From positions 1-42,579 of the forward strand of contig DXJV01000033.1 in the NCBI GenBank assembly GCA_019056785.1: 42,579 nt of DNA. The letters are read 5' to 3'. Source of the DNA: Candidatus Heimdallarchaeota archaeon (lineage in GTDB: Archaea > Asgardarchaeota > Heimdallarchaeia > JABLTI01). Every line of letters starts with the position of its first letter. Positions within the stretch are counted from its first letter, which is position 1. Below the pieces are notes generated by a model that was not told the origin of the DNA, ran no database searches, and saw only the letters and a program-made list of their open reading frames with translations. Of this stretch, positions 40,508 to 42,579 are shown piece after piece. A program made the position numbers and the translations under genes.

Positions 40508-41387
40508 TAGCTAAGAAGAAATCCTATCGGGAGTCGTTAAATCTGGCTATATGCGGGAACATCGCTGAAGAGCACTCCTAAGTAAGGAACAATGTGCTGT
40601 TCCAAAGCGACAATCCGCAGGAAATCGAACAGTTCCTCTCAAAACTCATTTCGGAAGAATAGAGGCCGAAGAACCTCAAAAAAAAACAGAAAGCAAATAT
40701 AAACGAACCATTAAACAAAGAGATGAAAAGAGCAATGTTGCGAAAAGCAAGAAACCAAAGCACAAAAAACACTTATCTCTGTGGACTGGTGGACGGCGAA
40801 GGATCTTTTAGCATAAGCATAAAACCACACAATACAACAAAGTTTGGTTGGGTAATAGACCCAACGTTTAGCTTAACACTCGAGGAAACAGCAGAACATG
40901 TGCTAAGAGAATTGCAGCAAGCGCTACGATGCGGAAGAATAATCACAAAACCAGGACAACCAAACTGTAAACTTTTCATAGAAGAAAGCAGAAGAAATCT
41001 AAAGGAAAAAGTAATACCCTTTTTTGAACGATACCCACTCGAAGTGAAACGAAAAAGCTTCGAACATTTCAAAAAAGTAATTGAACGATTAGAACAAAAG
41101 GAACATAGCAAAGCAGAGAGTTTTCTAAGACTGGCGGTGTATGCCTTCAGCCTGAAGGAAAACAAAGGAACAAGAAAATACACAATAGAAGACATCTTAC
41201 AAACAATGAAACACAAACCAGAAAACGCAGAAGAAATAGTGAAAAATGAGCAAGAAAAACTGATGAAAAGAAATGAGTAATGGAGAAGAATGTCGAGATC
41301 CCCAGAGACTATACGCCAGACACCAAACAGAAAGTGAGAAACTTCTGTGCGGTGAAGATATAGTCCGGCGATAAGAAAATATCGTTG
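40508..41387 (+). mobile_element. Group I self-splicing intron at 23S position L1923 (E. coli numbering), 880 nt
   Basis: The 5' exon ends GACTCT and pairs with IGS GGAGTC (40530-35), giving a U-G splice pair. P3 TCTGGC (40542-47)/GCCAGA (41315-20); P4 TGCGGG/TCCGCA; P7 GACTA (41307-11)/TAGTC (41361-65); P8 CACC/GGTG; P9 hairpin; terminal G at 41387. Removal restores TAACTATGACTCT-CTTAAGGTAGC. Confidence 0.96.
40723..41280 (+). CDS. Single-motif LAGLIDADG homing endonuclease, I-CeuI-like, in the intron P6 region
   Basis: YLCGLVDGEGSF. SISIKPHNTTKFGWVIDPTF and GRI...RRNLKEKVIPFFERY resemble the I-CeuI segments as I recall them (ISTKKLATSKFGLVVDPEF; RQSLEEKVIPFYEQY). Strongly A-rich coding strand. 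Confidence 0.93.
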   Translation: MKRAMLRKARNQSTKNTYLCGLVDGEGSFSISIKPHNTTKFGWVIDPTFSLTLEETAEHVLRELQQALRCGRIITKPGQPNCKLFIEESRRNLKEKVIPFFERYPLEVKRKSFEHFKKVIERLEQKEHSKAESFLRLAVYAFSLKENKGTRKYTIEDILQTMKHKPENAEEIVKNEQEKLMKRNE

Positions 41388-41930
41388 CTTAAGGTAGCCA
41401 AATGCCTTGTCAGATAAGTACTGACGTGCATGAACGGATCAATGACCTCCCTACTGTCCCCACCATCTACCGAGTGAAATCACTATCCAGCGAACAGTCT
41501 GGAACCAACCAGCGGGAAGAGAAGACCCCGTGGAGTTTTACTGCAGCCTGTGCCTGTTGTACGGGTCGCAATACATAGAGTAGTCGGGAGCGTTGAACCA
41601 AGTTCTCCGGGACTTGGGAATGCGACAATGAAACACCGACTATTGTTGCTTGTACGACTAACTTTCTGCGGAAAGGACAAGTATTGGTGGGCAGTTTAGC
41701 TGGGGCGGCTGCGCTTGAAAAAGTATCGAGCGTGTCCAAAGGTCAGCTCAGGAGGGACAGAAATCCTCCGTAGAGCATAAGAGCAAAAGCTGGCTTGACA
41801 GGGTTCTTACCCATAGGGAACCCTGGAACGAAAGTTGGGTCTAGCGATCTGTCGAGACTTCTCGTTGAGGTCCGGCAGCGGCAGAAAAATTACCCCGGGG
41901 GTAACAGAGTCGTCGCAGGCGAGAGCTCAC

Positions 41931-41998
41931 CCACTCTCCAGTTCTTTGTTACCGCTGATAAGAAACGATCTAGGCTCACGGAACTGGAGGAGGAGTAA
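41931..41998 (+). other. 68-nt archaeal bulge-helix-bulge intron in 23S helix 89 (after position 2477 equivalent)
   Basis: Central helix GCTC (41925-28)/GAGT (41993-96), 3-nt bulges ACC and AAA, intron stem CTCCAGTTC/GAACTGGAG. Cutting after the second nt of each bulge restores GAGAGCTCAC-ATCGAC. Confidence 0.88.
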
Positions 41999-42086
41999 AT
42001 CGACCCTGCGGCTTGCTACCTCGATGTCGGCTCTTCCTCTCCTGGCGCCGCACAAGACGCCTAGGGTAGGGTTGTTCGCCCATTAA

Positions 42087-42129
<43 letters not shown>

Positions 42130-42207
42130 ATTCTTTCTACTGGTTGTGCTGCGAATCTGAGGGTAGGGCCGGGTCGGTACGAGAGGACCCCCCCGTCGGC
42201 GCCTCTA

Positions 42208-42243
<36 letters not shown>

Positions 42244-42309
42244 CACGCGCCAAGCGATAATAGCTGAAAGCATCTAAGCTAGAAACGCGTCCTGAAACGA
42301 GATTCGCAT

Positions 42310-42438
42310 TCTGGGGATTATTTGGAGTTTGAGACCTGCTGCTCTTTAGCTGTTGAGCAGCGCTTTTAGATGTCAAGTGTATGTCTTTTTTGGTCTCCTC
42401 CTGCACGGGGCTGGTGACAGCAACGTGTCTTCCTCAGA
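42310..42438 (+). other. Large multibranched expansion segment ES39 (helix 98 region)
   Basis: Closing helix TCTGGGGA/TCCTCAGA. Internal helices GAGACC/GGTCTC, GCTGCTC/GAGCAGC, GCACG/CGTGT and GCTG-GTGA-CAGC. Confidence 0.85.
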
Positions 42439-42555
42439 CGACGGTTCCGATACAAGATCGGTTTGAAAGGCCTGCGGTGTACGCGTCGAGTCTTCGGGCG
42501 AGATGTTCAGCCGGCAGGTACTTACCACCGAAGCGTGTCAATTCCGAAATGGACT

Positions 42556-42579
42556 TCTAGACCTTAAAGAAGAAGTGTG
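42556..42579 (+). other. 3' arm of the pre-23S processing stem (truncated by window end)
   Basis: Complementary to 38433-38457. Confidence 0.8.

Noticed and set aside
15879-40662. Stop-codon recoding (pyrrolysine or Gln) suggested by in-frame TAA/TAG at 15879, 16284, 27344, 34358 and 40660
   Set aside because: Many intact genes here end properly at TAG or TAA, the stops co-occur with frameshifts, and no pyl genes are in the window. Decay or error is simpler.
40508-41387. The LAGLIDADG intron as a classical archaeal BHB intron
   Set aside because: It has a complete group I core (P1 with U-G pair, P3, P4, P7, terminal G).
42300-42445. The H98-region insert as a third intron
   Set aside because: No BHB geometry or group I core at its ends, and the position matches the known ES39.

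Overview
Archaeal chromosomal window, most likely Asgard (Heimdallarchaeia-like). The assignment rests on an archaeal 23S rRNA with a ~130-nt multibranched ES39, many small Zn-finger/RING/HEAT/TPR proteins and C-terminally anchored surface proteins. Bases 1-37.9 kb are AT-rich accessory metabolism: C25 peptidase, alpha/beta hydrolases, PatB, MBL hydrolase, DegV, GH113, GH35, EEP nuclease, lysine 6-transaminase and sulfotransferase, with at least five damaged genes. Bases 38.4-42.6 kb hold a stand-alone 23S rRNA gene (no 16S upstream) with two introns of different chemistry. One is a self-splicing group I intron at E. coli-equivalent L1923 (40508-41387) encoding an I-CeuI-like single-motif LAGLIDADG endonuclease, whose intron-less target reads like eukaryotic 28S rDNA. 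The other is a 68-nt bulge-helix-bulge intron in helix 89 (41931-41998). Other highlights are an alpha-solenoid + ZnF + RING protein with a GATOR2/SEACAT (Mios/WDR24)-like C-terminus inside a HEAT/TPR cluster, a stand-alone PLAT/LH2 protein, an alkaline phosphatase gene apparently gutted by an unrelated gene, and strong enrichment of CTCGAG. All family calls come from motif recognition by eye, not from database searches.
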